Position numbers and translations under genes: made by a program
The notes under the pieces: generated by a model
What the model saw: only the letters and a program-made list of their open reading frames with translations
Databases searched by the model: none
What the model was told of the DNA's origin: nothing
DNA from: an uncultured Flavobacterium sp.
GTDB lineage: Bacteria; Bacteroidota; Bacteroidia; Flavobacteriales; Flavobacteriaceae
DNA: 64,000 bases
NCBI GenBank assembly: GCA_963513545.1
Contig: CAUPQW010000001.1
Location: 298,194-362,193, forward strand
Reading direction: 5' to 3'
Shown here: positions 39,291 through 48,818 of the stretch, piece by piece
Layout: the number at the start of each line of letters is the position of its first letter
Numbering within the stretch: position 1 is the stretch's first letter

Positions 39291-39399
39291 GATGCCGTTT
39301 CCATCAGGGCTAAGACATTCGTTTTCAAAAGAAACATTAGTTTTTAAATCTCACAAATAACATTTCACATTTTACAAACAATATTTTACAAAGAACAAA

Positions 39400-40785
39400 A
39401 TGAAATACAGAATAGAAAAAGACACCATGGGCGAAGTGCAGGTCCCGGCTGATAAATATTGGGGTGCACAAACAGAGCGTTCCAGAAATAATTTTAAAAT
39501 TGGAGATTCAGGATCAATGCCAAAAGAAATCATAGAAGGTTTCGCTTATCTTAAAAAAGCAGCTGCTTATGCGAATCACGATTTAGGTGTGTTACCGATT
39601 GAAAAAAGAGACGCAATTGCTGCAGTTTGCGATGAAATTTTAGAAGGTAAACTAGACGATCAGTTTCCGCTTGTAATCTGGCAGACCGGCTCTGGTACAC
39701 AAAGTAATATGAATGTCAATGAAGTAATAGCAAACCGCGCTCAGGTACTTAAAGGATTTGGAATTGGCGAAGGCGAACAATTCATAAAAGCCAATGATGA
39801 CGTCAATAAATCACAATCGTCAAACGATACCTTTCCAACCGGAATGCATATTGCAGCTTACAAAATGGTGATTGAAACCACCATTCCGGGAGTCGAAAAA
39901 CTGCATGCAACATTAGTCAAAAAAGCAACCGAATTTAAAGACGTTGTAAAAATCGGACGTACACATCTTATGGACGCAACGCCATTGACACTTGGACAGG
40001 AAATTTCAGGTTATGCAGCTCAATTGGCATATGGTTTAAAAGCACTTAGAAATACATTAGCGCATTTATCTGAAATCGCTTTAGGCGGAACGGCAGTAGG
40101 AACAGGACTAAATACTCCAAAAGGCTATGATGTCAAAGTAGCCGAATACATTGCACAATTTACCGGTCATCCATTTGTAACGGCTGAAAACAAATTTGAA
40201 GCTTTGGCCGCACACGATGCCATTGTAGAAACTCATGGAGCCTTAAAGCAACTGGCCGTAGCTTTAAATAAAATAGCCAATGATGTCAGAATGCTGGCTT
40301 CAGGACCGAGATCCGGAATTGGCGAAATTCATATTCCTGAAAACGAACCGGGTTCTTCAATAATGCCCGGAAAAGTAAACCCAACGCAGTGCGAAGCCTT
40401 AACAATGGTTTGTGCTCAGATAATCGGAAATGATGTAGCAATTGCAGTAGGAGGAATGCAGGGACATTATGAATTAAATGTTTTCAAGCCCGTTATGGCA
40501 GCAAACTTTTTACAGTCAGCAAGACTGTTAGGCGATGCGTGTGTTTCATTTGACGAACATTGCGCTCAGGGAATTGAACCTAATTACAAACGGATTAAAG
40601 AATTAGTAGATAATTCATTGATGTTAGTAACAGCTTTAAATACAAAAATCGGTTATTATAAAGCAGCCGAAATTGCTCAAACCGCTCACAAAAACGGGAC
40701 TACACTTAAAGAGGAAGCCGTTCGTTTAGGATACGTAACTCCTGACGATTTTGATGAATGGGTCAAACCTGAGGAAATGGTGTAG
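39400..40785 (+). CDS. fumC: class II fumarate hydratase
   Basis: 461 aa with the signature [16 protein letters not shown], plus [10 protein letters not shown] and SSNDTFPT. Confidence 0.95.
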   Translation: MKYRIEKDTMGEVQVPADKYWGAQTERSRNNFKIGDSGSMPKEIIEGFAYLKKAAAYANHDLGVLPIEKRDAIAAVCDEILEGKLDDQFPLVIWQTGSGTQSNMNVNEVIANRAQVLKGFGIGEGEQFIKANDDVNKSQSSNDTFPTGMHIAAYKMVIETTIPGVEKLHATLVKKATEFKDVVKIGRTHLMDATPLTLGQEISGYAAQLAYGLKALRNTLAHLSEIALGGTAVGTGLNTPKGYDVKVAEYIAQFTGHPFVTAENKFEALAAHDAIVETHGALKQLAVALNKIANDVRMLASGPRSGIGEIHIPENEPGSSIMPGKVNPTQCEALTMVCAQIIGNDVAIAVGGMQGHYELNVFKPVMAANFLQSARLLGDACVSFDEHCAQGIEPNYKRIKELVDNSLMLVTALNTKIGYYKAAEIAQTAHKNGTTLKEEAVRLGYVTPDDFDEWVKPEEMV

Positions 40786-40899
40786 TTTTACCGTAATCAG
40801 TCCGACTTCGATCGAGATATATTAATTCAAAAAGGGAGGAAATTTTAAAATTCCCTCCCTTTTTTATATGTTTAAACTATTTTTAAAAGACTTGATGTT

Positions 40900-41790
40900 T
40901 TACTTATTGTAAATATCCAATAACCAGTCATAGAAACTGTCTTTCCACTTTGAAACCGAATGCCCTTTATCATAAGCCAGTCCAAAACCGTGATCCCCTT
41001 TAGAATAAATATGTAATTCCGAATTTTTTACTTCGGCAGCAATGGCAGCCAGTCCCGGAATAATTTCTTTTACAGGCATTTTTTTGTCGTCACGGGCAAT
41101 CGCCATAAAAATAGGAGGTAAGGCCTGAATGTTGTCAATTTTTTTAAAATTGCTTAACGTATTGCCGTGGTAAATTAAAGCAGCAAAAGCAGGTTTCCAG
41201 TCTACAGCTTCTTTTGTTTCGGTAGATTTGATTACAATGCGTTCGCTTAGCCAGCCACCGGCCGAAAAGCCCAAAATTCCAATTTTGTCCTTGTCAATTT
41301 TTAAGCCTTCCGCCAGTTCTTTCATTTTTAAAATACCGGTTCTCGCATCCTGATAAACCGCTCCTTTATAATCATCCATCGGAATAATCATTTCTCCCTT
41401 TTCATCTTTTCTGTTAGTTCTGTATTTTACCACCATACAGCTGATTCCTTGTTGGGAAAGCCACATCGCAAGATCAGTTCCTTCTTTATCGACCCAGTTC
41501 GTAGTTAAACCTCCACCCGGAAATATAACGACACCAATATGTTTGTTATTCGATTCTGAAGCCGGAAATAATTGATAGGTTGGAACCGAAATATTACTGA
41601 TTACCCTGTTTTTATGGGATAATGACAATGGATTAACAACAGAGTCGACTACCTTTTCAGGATTAGGATGCGTTACCGGATTTTTTTCAATTCCGTTTGG
41701 AAACAAAGGAGTTTCCGGATTGGTTTGAGCGAGTAAATGTGCACAGTTTAATAATAATGAAATCGAAAATGTAATTATGAGTTTTTTCAT
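40900..41790 (-). CDS. secreted alpha/beta hydrolase (esterase)
   Basis: Signal peptide, nucleophile elbow GFSAGG, and DHGF near the C-terminus. Confidence 0.7.
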   Translation of the reverse strand: MKKLIITFSISLLLNCAHLLAQTNPETPLFPNGIEKNPVTHPNPEKVVDSVVNPLSLSHKNRVISNISVPTYQLFPASESNNKHIGVVIFPGGGLTTNWVDKEGTDLAMWLSQQGISCMVVKYRTNRKDEKGEMIIPMDDYKGAVYQDARTGILKMKELAEGLKIDKDKIGILGFSAGGWLSERIVIKSTETKEAVDWKPAFAALIYHGNTLSNFKKIDNIQALPPIFMAIARDDKKMPVKEIIPGLAAIAAEVKNSELHIYSKGDHGFGLAYDKGHSVSKWKDSFYDWLLDIYNK

Positions 41791-41807
41791 GTTTTTTGTT
41801 AATAGTA

Positions 41808-41991
41808 AACCCGTTGGGTGAAATTGATTTTAAAAAATGATTTGATTATAAAAAGTATAAAATCGGGAGTAAATCATCATTTATAGCTTAAGGAATTGAT
41901 GTCATCCTGGGCGGAGTCGAAGGTTTTTGAACTCGAAAGGGCTTGGACTCCGCTCAGCCTGACACTTATTTTTAATTTCACCCAACGGGTT
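41808..41991. repeat. 184-bp nested inverted-repeat element (MITE/REP-like)
   Basis: Perfect 18-bp terminal inverted repeats aacccgttgggtgaaatt (41808-41825) and aatttcacccaacgggtt (41974-41991). Inner imperfect pair gtcatcctgggcggagtc / gactccgctcagcctgac (15/18 by eye). Confidence 0.7.
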
Positions 41992-42032
41992 AAAAATAGT
42001 TACAAATTAATAAGCAACACAAATTACATTAA

Positions 42033-43235
42033 TTAATTCCCATCAACATAATCTTGTAAATAACTAAATCGTTCTGTAAGTTTACCATTCTCGGTAATTT
42101 TGGCTCGTTCCAGAATTCCATCTTTATCTCCGTTAAAAAAAGCCGGAATAACATGTTCCATAAACTGTTCTCCAAAACCTTCACTGGCATCTTTTGGGAT
42201 TTCGCAAGGCAAATTATCAACTGCCATTACTACAATTGCAGCCGGATGAAAAATATCAACTTCTTTATTTTCTGATGGGAGATATCCGTACAAAGGTTCA
42301 GCAATGGTAGAAGAACGGAGTGTGCTTGCAATTGGGCCATTTATATCACATGAAACATCAGCGACAACTCTTATTTTACAATCTTTAGCATTCAGCATGT
42401 CCTGAGTCAGAATCATTGGGGCATTATTTCCGTAAAAATGCCCGGCTATATAAATGTCACTGACTTTGGTGAATTTTTCGAAATCAGAAGTATAAGCTTC
42501 CGGATGTTGGGTGAAATCTACAAAATCAAGTATCTGACCGTCAATTCTTTTGTTGTATTCTAAAGCGTCCAGTTGTACATAAACGGATTGCGTATAGTTT
42601 TTAGTCAGGTAATTATCAATCGTGATCTCTTTTACTTTAATCGCTTTTAAAATTTCCTGAGCTCCGCTGCCTACTTTTCCTGTTCCGGTAATCACAAATT
42701 TTAAAGGAGGCAGTGTGATTCTTTTCAAATGCATAATCAGGGCATCTTTTCCTGAAAGCGTTTCTGCTTTTGGAAGTTTAAATAATTCAAATTTTATTCC
42801 GAAAGCACGAATTCCGTTATAAACTCCAACCATTCCGGCATATTTCCCAAACCCGATTAACCTACGGTTATGCTCATCAACAATCGTTTCATGATCGTAT
42901 AAAGTAATATTTTTTTCTAATATAGCCTGTAAAAGTTTTCTGTTGTAAGGCTGTTTTTTGATGGTATGTGAAAAAAAGAAATAAGACTTATTCGGTATTA
43001 AATCATCTACAGGAACTTCTTTTACGCCAAATAAAATATCACAATCTGAAACGTCATCAGCAACATTAATTCCCATACTCTTATATTGAACATCTGAAAA
43101 AATTCTAATATCTGAACTTTCAACACTTACATAGGCTTCAGGATGAAGTTGTTTCAGTTTTGCTAATGCATCAGGGGCAAAGACAACGCGTCTGTCAGGT
43201 GGATTTTTTCTTTCTTTGATAATTCCGAATTTCAT
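42033..43235 (-). CDS. AlaDH/PNT-family dehydrogenase, saccharopine dehydrogenase / lysine-ketoglutarate reductase-like
   Basis: 400 aa. N-terminal MKFGIIKERKNPPDRRV and the dinucleotide fold VITGTGKVGSGA. Confidence 0.55.
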   Translation of the reverse strand: MKFGIIKERKNPPDRRVVFAPDALAKLKQLHPEAYVSVESSDIRIFSDVQYKSMGINVADDVSDCDILFGVKEVPVDDLIPNKSYFFFSHTIKKQPYNRKLLQAILEKNITLYDHETIVDEHNRRLIGFGKYAGMVGVYNGIRAFGIKFELFKLPKAETLSGKDALIMHLKRITLPPLKFVITGTGKVGSGAQEILKAIKVKEITIDNYLTKNYTQSVYVQLDALEYNKRIDGQILDFVDFTQHPEAYTSDFEKFTKVSDIYIAGHFYGNNAPMILTQDMLNAKDCKIRVVADVSCDINGPIASTLRSSTIAEPLYGYLPSENKEVDIFHPAAIVVMAVDNLPCEIPKDASEGFGEQFMEHVIPAFFNGDKDGILERAKITENGKLTERFSYLQDYVDGN

Positions 43236-43469
43236 TTATTAGGATTTAAATTTAATAATATAACTTTTATTTGTTATTTTGTTTTAAATATAACAAATAT
43301 AGTTAAATTTTTGTTGCTGTTTTCTTATTTTTAATGATTTTGAATCACTATGATCTGATTTTCAACAGGCTAACAAAAAAACGTGTTAATTGTCTGTTAA
43401 GGGTATCCGTTTTTAGCTCTCAAAATCACCAAACATAAATATTGAATTCTATATATTTGTTTTTAAAGA

Positions 43470-44675
43470 ATGATGAAAATGAGTTTCCTTAAAAAGACAA
43501 ATATACCACAAATACTTTTCTCAGTTTTAGTTTTAAGTTCATGTGGAAAAGATAAAAACAACAGTCAGGATGGAACTGTAAAAGAAAAAGATACATTAGG
43601 AAAAATGGTTCCGATGGGGCCTGAAAAAAAAATAAGTGCGGCTTATGTTAATTCTGTAAAAGGGAGAATAAATTATTTTTACAATAAAAACTGGCCAAAC
43701 AACTGCATGAACGGAAGTTTTTTGGTAGCAAAAAATGGTCAGATTATTTTTGAAAGATATAATGGTTTTGCCAATAAAAATGAAGACACTAAAATTACTG
43801 CCGATACCCCTGTACAAATTGCCTCTGTAAGCAAAGTACTGACTGCAACTGCTGTTTTAAAATTAATCAATTTAGGCAAGCTTGGCCTGGATCAAAAAGT
43901 AAATACTATTTTAAAAACTTTTCCATACGAAGAATGTACGGTTCGAATGTTATTGTGCCATCGAAGCGGAATGCGAAATTATGCTTATTTCACAGACAGG
44001 GACAAATCGGTTTGGGACAGACACAACCAGCTTACCAACAAAGATATTTTAGACATTCTGGCGACTAAAGATGTAGGTCTGGAGTCAAGGGTAGGTACCC
44101 GTTTTGCCTATTGCAATACCAATTACGCCATGCTGGCACTCATAATCGAAAAAATAACGGGACTGACCTACAAAGAAGCAATGTCGCAAATGATTTTCAA
44201 ACCTCTTGGGATGACACATTCTTATGTTTTTGATGATGATAAAGACAGGAAAGATATTGTTCCTTCTTATAAGGGGAATGGTGTAGAAATTGGATTTGAC
44301 TATTTGGATAATGTTTATGGTGATAAAAATATCTTTTCAACAGTTCGGGATCTTTTAAAATTTGACAGAGCCAGATATGCTCCCAATTTTTTAAAACCGG
44401 CTTTATTAAAAGAGGTTTACACTGGTCAGAGCAATGAACGTAAAGGAGCCAAAAATTATGGATTAGGAATCAGAATGATTAATTGGGAAACTGGTCAGAA
44501 TTTTTATTTTCACAATGGCTGGTGGCACGGAAACACATCTTCTTATATTACGCTTCAAAAAGAGCATGTAACCATTATAGCATTATCTAATAAAATGACA
44601 AGAAATACGTATGCAGTTCGTAAACTGGCTCCTATTTTTGGAGATTATCCTTTTAAGTTTAAAGAAGAAGAATAA
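43470..44675 (+). CDS. serine hydrolase of the class C beta-lactamase/PBP family
   Basis: SxxK motif in QIASVSKVLTA. Lipoprotein-like N-terminus VLVLSSCGKD. Confidence 0.75.
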   Translation: MMKMSFLKKTNIPQILFSVLVLSSCGKDKNNSQDGTVKEKDTLGKMVPMGPEKKISAAYVNSVKGRINYFYNKNWPNNCMNGSFLVAKNGQIIFERYNGFANKNEDTKITADTPVQIASVSKVLTATAVLKLINLGKLGLDQKVNTILKTFPYEECTVRMLLCHRSGMRNYAYFTDRDKSVWDRHNQLTNKDILDILATKDVGLESRVGTRFAYCNTNYAMLALIIEKITGLTYKEAMSQMIFKPLGMTHSYVFDDDKDRKDIVPSYKGNGVEIGFDYLDNVYGDKNIFSTVRDLLKFDRARYAPNFLKPALLKEVYTGQSNERKGAKNYGLGIRMINWETGQNFYFHNGWWHGNTSSYITLQKEHVTIIALSNKMTRNTYAVRKLAPIFGDYPFKFKEEE

Positions 44676-44865
44676 AATAGTCATAAAGTCAAAAGTCATA
44701 AAGTCTTAAAGAAGAAATTGTAAATATTGACTTTGTTTCTTTTGAATATACCAATTGCAGGAAAACAAAAAGAAGCAACCATGTGACTTTTAAAACTTTA
44801 CAACCTTCGACTTTTGGCTTTCTAATTTTTCTGAAAATTTTAATAGAAAGTAAATGCAAATAGTA

Positions 44866-44873
44866 TAAATTTG
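44866..44873 (+). promoter_or_regulatory. -7 promoter box for ssrA
   Basis: TAAATTTG lies 14 nt upstream of the tmRNA 5' GGGG. Confidence 0.45.
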
Positions 44874-44886
44874 CAAACTCATTTTT

Positions 44887-45280
44887 GGGGTCGACTGGTT
44901 TTGACAGCAAGTCGAATTGAAAAGTAAGCACGTCGAGCATTGAGACCTTGCTCGTAAATATAAGATCTTACACTTTTACACGGCGAAAATAACTACGCTT
45001 TAGCTGCATAATCCGAATTATAGTACGATTAGCCACGTCCCTACAAGGTAGGGAAGCTGGATTCTCCTTGAAAGCCTTGGTTTGTGGCGTTCTGTTTAGG
45101 GGAACCGTAAAAATAAACCTAGATTTCCATGAGCTTCGGGTGGATTTTGAAAATTAAGAAGATAAGTGTTGAGTGGCTGTTTCTGGCCTTGCTTAACATC
45201 GAAAATCTAATCAGGAAATAAGCGTGTAGAAAGCTCTTTAGTTGCTTGTTTGGACCCGGGTTCGATTCCCGGCGACTCCA
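44887..45280 (+). ncRNA. ssrA: tmRNA (transfer-messenger RNA)
   Basis: 5' GGGGTCGACTGGTTTTGACAGC. Tag reading frame 44982-45011 = GENNYALAA stop. 3' T-arm and acceptor GGACCCGGGTTCGATTCCCGGCGACTCCA, with the G:U acceptor pair. Confidence 0.93.
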
Positions 45281-46794
45281 CTGGATGGGATGATTGAAAA
45301 ATCATCCCATTTTTTTTCATAGATCAAACACCCTTTATCCTTCATTAATGGGGTGTTATGAGTAAAAATACTTCTCATTGTAGGTGTTCGATAAATGCCT
45401 TCTTGATAGTACAAATTGCTATCGAACACCATATTTATAAAATCTCTTTTCTGGAAAGTATTAGATTTATTGTACACATAATTCATGTCCGTAAGTAAAT
45501 TCAAGTTTTTCTCCAAAATTAAAAACACCTTACTTTGATCTGTATTAAGTCTATCAATGGTTTGTTTCAGATTTTGTATAGTACCATTGTAAGTTGCATA
45601 CCATCGATCGTAAGTTTCTTTTGCGATCTCATTTTTAATCCACTTTTCTTCAACTGAGAACATTTTTTCCTGTACACTTTCTAATTCAAGCTTTTTTTCT
45701 TGAACTTTTTGTTTATTGGCTTTCATTTCTAGTTGAATAGAAGTATTGCAACCATCTTTTATTTCACGAACCCTCTTTTCCGGCAAACTCATTAACTCGC
45801 ATACATTTTGAAATTGACTATGAGCCTTTATTGCGCTTATATTATTGTGCTTAGAAGAATTACATTTATAGTAATAAAAATATTTTCCAGATTTTCCACG
45901 AGATGGCGCTCCTGTTAACGGAACACCACAATGACATTTTAATAATCCACGTAGTGGAATATTTTCATCAATTATAGTCCTTATTTTTTCTGGCTTTTTC
46001 ATTTTACTTTGTACCATTTGCCATGTGCTCATATCAATTATGGCTTCATGAATTGCAGGGAAAAGACCACCAGGGTATTCTTTGTAAGCTTGGACATTTA
46101 ACATACCGGCGTAAACCGGATTAGTAAGAATTCTTTCAATAGCGGTATTGCCTTTCTTTTTAAACCCAAGTTCATTGGCATTTTTCTTAATAAGATATAA
46201 TGGTACGTCCAATAAATAAGAATCATAAATAAATTTAACTATTTTAGCCTCAGCCTCATTAATAATTAACCTACGTTCTTTTCTTTCACCCTCTTTTAAA
46301 TATCCAAATGGAGCGCTAGTTCCTATATATCTACCTTCCTTTGCTCTAGCTGTGTAAAGCCCACCTCTTATTTTTATGCTTCTATTAATATTATCTTCCT
46401 CAGCCAATAATAGTTGTAAACCAGCCCTAAAAAAACTACCAGGTGTATCATAGTCAAATGTAATACCTTCTGTTACACTAACCACTTGAATACTATATCT
46501 TTTCTGAAACATTTTTACCATATTCATTGCTTCTCCTGCGTCACGACTAAACCTGTCCAGTTGATCTACTAAGAGATAATCAACATTTTTATAATACTTC
46601 ACAATAAAAGCTTGTAGTTTTATAAAATCAGGGCGATCAAAAGTTTTAGCACTTTTCCCTCTATCTATAAAAGAATCCACCAGTTCAACTTTATTAAAAT
46701 GTAACCACTGATCGGTATACATTTCCTGACGTTCTATTGAACCGTTGCTTTGTCCTAATTGACTAAATCGTAAATATCTAATTGCCTTTTTCAT
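45238..46794 (-). CDS. large serine recombinase (integrase)
   Basis: Resolvase-type catalytic domain (YLRFSQLGQSNGSIERQ, DRGKSAK, LLVDQLDRFSRD), recombinase domain, zinc-ribbon-like CHCGVPLTG...YYYKC, and a coiled coil. The last ~27 codons are antisense to the ssrA terminator and the tmRNA 3' end. Confidence 0.88.
   Translation of the reverse strand: MKKAIRYLRFSQLGQSNGSIERQEMYTDQWLHFNKVELVDSFIDRGKSAKTFDRPDFIKLQAFIVKYYKNVDYLLVDQLDRFSRDAGEAMNMVKMFQKRYSIQVVSVTEGITFDYDTPGSFFRAGLQLLLAEEDNINRSIKIRGGLYTARAKEGRYIGTSAPFGYLKEGERKERRLIINEAEAKIVKFIYDSYLLDVPLYLIKKNANELGFKKKGNTAIERILTNPVYAGMLNVQAYKEYPGGLFPAIHEAIIDMSTWQMVQSKMKKPEKIRTIIDENIPLRGLLKCHCGVPLTGAPSRGKSGKYFYYYKCNSSKHNNISAIKAHSQFQNVCELMSLPEKRVREIKDGCNTSIQLEMKANKQKVQEKKLELESVQEKMFSVEEKWIKNEIAKETYDRWYATYNGTIQNLKQTIDRLNTDQSKVFLILEKNLNLLTDMNYVYNKSNTFQKRDFINMVFDSNLYYQEGIYRTPTMRSIFTHNTPLMKDKGCLIYEKKWDDFSIIPSSGVAGNRTRVQTSN
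45285..45318 (+). terminator. intrinsic terminator of ssrA
   Basis: Stem atgggatgatt, loop gaaa, stem aatcatcccat, followed by T8. Confidence 0.8.
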
Positions 46795-46933
46795 AATATT
46801 CTTTTAAAGTAGATGAAACAATTATTTCAATTATTAAATTTACTAACTTTTGCTCTCGTTCCTGCTCAATCATTTCAAAAGTTTCAAAAATTATTTGATC
46901 TACTTCTAATAATTTCTCATTTTCATTTTCCAT
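46778..46933 (-). CDS. 51-aa acidic protein, translationally overlapping the recombinase start (not in the ORF track)
   Basis: Hand translation: MENENEKLLEVDQIIFETFEMIEQEREQKLVNLIIEIIVSSTLKEYYEKGN*. Preceded by AAAGGAGGTGTGTG-ATG. Overlaps the recombinase ATG by 17 nt. Confidence 0.45.
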   Translation of the reverse strand: MENENEKLLEVDQIIFETFEMIEQEREQKLVNLIIEIIVSSTLKEYYEKGN

Positions 46934-46955
46934 CACACACCTCCTTTAATTACTT

Positions 46956-46993
46956 TTAATTAGAAAAGCCCGTAAGCGGGCTTTTCTAATTAA
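46956..46993. terminator. perfect 17-bp-stem hairpin between the wHTH gene and the recombinase module
   Basis: Arms ttaattagaaaagcccg and cgggcttttctaattaa with loop taag. No clear U-run, so terminator function is uncertain. Confidence 0.45.
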
Positions 46994-47016
46994 ATTAAAA
47001 TTCATTCAATTACTAC

Positions 47017-47301
47017 TCATATGGGAAAATAAATCGTACTTCTCTGGTTTCTGTTACGTTTTGGTAGATAACTTATGTAACCATACTCGTTTAGTTCACG
47101 CATGCATTTATGGTATGTTACAGGTCCCGTTATTTTGGCTAACTTCATGATTTCATATCTATAGACCTCAATAGGATTGATAAAACCTTTCTCCGTCCTA
47201 AATTGAAGCAATGCAGCATATATACCAATGTGAGTAATGCTGATACGGTAATCTTTCTCTATTGCTTTAAAGAAATCAGATAAAGGTTGTAGTGTTTTCA
47301 T
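47017..47301 (-). CDS. small winged-helix DNA-binding protein of the mobile element
   Basis: 94 aa. ISITHIGIYAALLQF...EIMKLAKITGPVTYHKCMRELNEYGYISY resembles the wHTH proteins common on Bacteroidota mobile elements (assignment by pattern only). Confidence 0.55.
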   Translation of the reverse strand: MKTLQPLSDFFKAIEKDYRISITHIGIYAALLQFRTEKGFINPIEVYRYEIMKLAKITGPVTYHKCMRELNEYGYISYLPKRNRNQRSTIYFPI

Positions 47302-47468
47302 ATTTCCGTTTCTCAGCTTATACGCATGCCATTCAGTTTCGAATGATTAACCTGATGGCTCTCGTTCGTTTTTTGTATTTGTTTTACAGTTTCCATTGTT
47401 TTATTACCCAATGCCGTTGATAGCGTAATTTTTCTGGAATGCTCATCATAAATGTTTACCGATTTAAA

Positions 47469-48365
47469 CTAAGGATTTGCTTCAATATAAAACCGGTGTT
47501 CATTTCCATTCTTAATCAAGGTTACGGGCAGCCGATTTCCTTGTTTTAAGTCATCCTTTAGTTTATCAGCTTCATTTTTATTTGATAATTCCTTTAAGGG
47601 AAGCTGTACTGCCTTTTCAAGATCATAACCGTATCCCGAATTAAATTCTTTGATACGATGATTTCCACTTGCGTCTTTGTCATTAAGATCTAACTGTATC
47701 CAGGATTTTTCTTTTTGAACTGCACGGCCCGCTAACAAATTATAAGCCTGTTTTGTGTCAAAAGAATTTCCTTCCTGTAATTTGAAATACTGGCTTCTAT
47801 TTTCATCCCGTTTTAGTTCATTTTGCAAAGTGGTTTTATAACCATCAAATTGATATTTTCCACTTTGGTCTTTAGAAAAAGATAACTCATGATCCAGTTT
47901 TTCCTTTTCGTTGATATAATAGGAAACCGGAATAGTAAACTGCTCGTGACCTAATTTGATCTGCTGTTCAATTTTATCTGATAAATCTCTAAAACCAATA
48001 CGCTGCAATTGTTCCTGCAGCGATTGGTTGTTTTTTTCTTCTTCTTTTACATCCTTGTGTACCGCAATTTGGTCTATGAGTGGCGCAACGAGAAGTTTCC
48101 GAACAAGACGAACTAATAAATTAGGATAAAGTTGCTTTAAAATCTTGTTCTTTTCCTGCTTGAGTATCTGCAATGCAAAACGTTCTTCCAAATTTTTTGT
48201 TTCCTTAAACTTTGTGCCAATACGCTCGTAATGATGCAGCTTTTCTTTAAGGAGTGATCTACTATTGGAAAGGCTGAAATTAAACAGCTTACTAAAGCGC
48301 TCTTCCCTGGAGTGCCACTGTTTTAATTCCATTTCTACTCTGTTAACGGGAAGCTGTTCGTTCAT
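47469..48365 (-). CDS. mobile-element protein with a C-terminal ~60-aa module shared with the upstream ORF (DUF3945-like?)
   Basis: C-terminal NSGYGYDLEKAVQLPLKELSNKNEADKLKDDLKQGNRLPVTLIKNGNEHRFYIEANP parallels HQNYGYDLEAALSKHPIKELETPKYKEDLMNSLKKGNLQSATFLKESNEIKQYIEASP in 48393-48818. Confidence 0.6.
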   Translation of the reverse strand: MNEQLPVNRVEMELKQWHSREERFSKLFNFSLSNSRSLLKEKLHHYERIGTKFKETKNLEERFALQILKQEKNKILKQLYPNLLVRLVRKLLVAPLIDQIAVHKDVKEEEKNNQSLQEQLQRIGFRDLSDKIEQQIKLGHEQFTIPVSYYINEKEKLDHELSFSKDQSGKYQFDGYKTTLQNELKRDENRSQYFKLQEGNSFDTKQAYNLLAGRAVQKEKSWIQLDLNDKDASGNHRIKEFNSGYGYDLEKAVQLPLKELSNKNEADKLKDDLKQGNRLPVTLIKNGNEHRFYIEANP

Positions 48366-48392
48366 AATTCAAATTTTAATTATTGTATTTTA

Positions 48393-48818
48393 CTACATGG
48401 AATTGGATTGGCTTTTCCTTTTTCTCTTAGCTTCCTTTGGCACTTCAGGTCCATCATCGTCGGCAGTTTGGTTTTGCTTTTTACTGCCTTGTTTCTCGGA
48501 AGTCTGCTGGGTTTCAGTTTGTTTTTCTTCTTGGCTTTTACGATTGTCAATTCGTTTCATATTATTATCATAGATATTAATTGTTTTGAATTGCGGGCTG
48601 GCTTCAATGTACTGCTTGATCTCATTGCTTTCTTTTAAGAAAGTAGCGCTCTGCAGATTTCCCTTTTTCAAAGAATTCATCAAGTCTTCTTTGTATTTTG
48701 GGGTTTCCAGTTCCTTAATCGGATGTTTGGACAATGCTGCTTCTAAATCATAGCCGTAATTCTGGTGGTAATGGTTTAGTTTAAAATTTCCATTAGTTTC
48801 GGATTGTTTGAAGTCCAT
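48393..48818 (-). CDS. mobile-element protein carrying the same ~60-aa module, with a Lys/Glu/Gln-rich tail
   Basis: See the paralogous module above. The start abuts the truncated coupling-protein gene. Confidence 0.55.
   Translation of the reverse strand: MDFKQSETNGNFKLNHYHQNYGYDLEAALSKHPIKELETPKYKEDLMNSLKKGNLQSATFLKESNEIKQYIEASPQFKTINIYDNNMKRIDNRKSQEEKQTETQQTSEKQGSKKQNQTADDDGPEVPKEAKRKRKSQSNSM

Noticed and set aside
43268-43299. 10-bp inverted repeat tatttgttat / ataacaaata in the divergent promoter region
   Set aside because: Short, pure A/T-rich dyads of this size are expected by chance in ~25% GC intergenic DNA. There is no supporting context.
44689-44940. 83-aa minus-strand ORF between the hydrolase gene and ssrA
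   Set aside because: It overlaps the ssrA promoter box and the first ~54 nt of the tmRNA. The tmRNA call is much better supported.
47302-47468. Tiny minus-strand ORFs (21 and 27 codons, e.g. METVKQIQKTNESHQVNHSKLNGMRIS) between the wHTH gene and the 298-aa gene
   Set aside because: Too short, with no motif and no conservation evidence available. They may be debris of a degraded gene.
48366-48395. Possibility that 48393-48818 and 47469-48365 are one gene split by a nonsense mutation (both are in the same frame)
   Set aside because: The 27-nt gap contains additional in-frame stops (TAG, TAA, then TGA on the minus strand), so a single point mutation cannot explain the split. They are treated as two paralogous genes.
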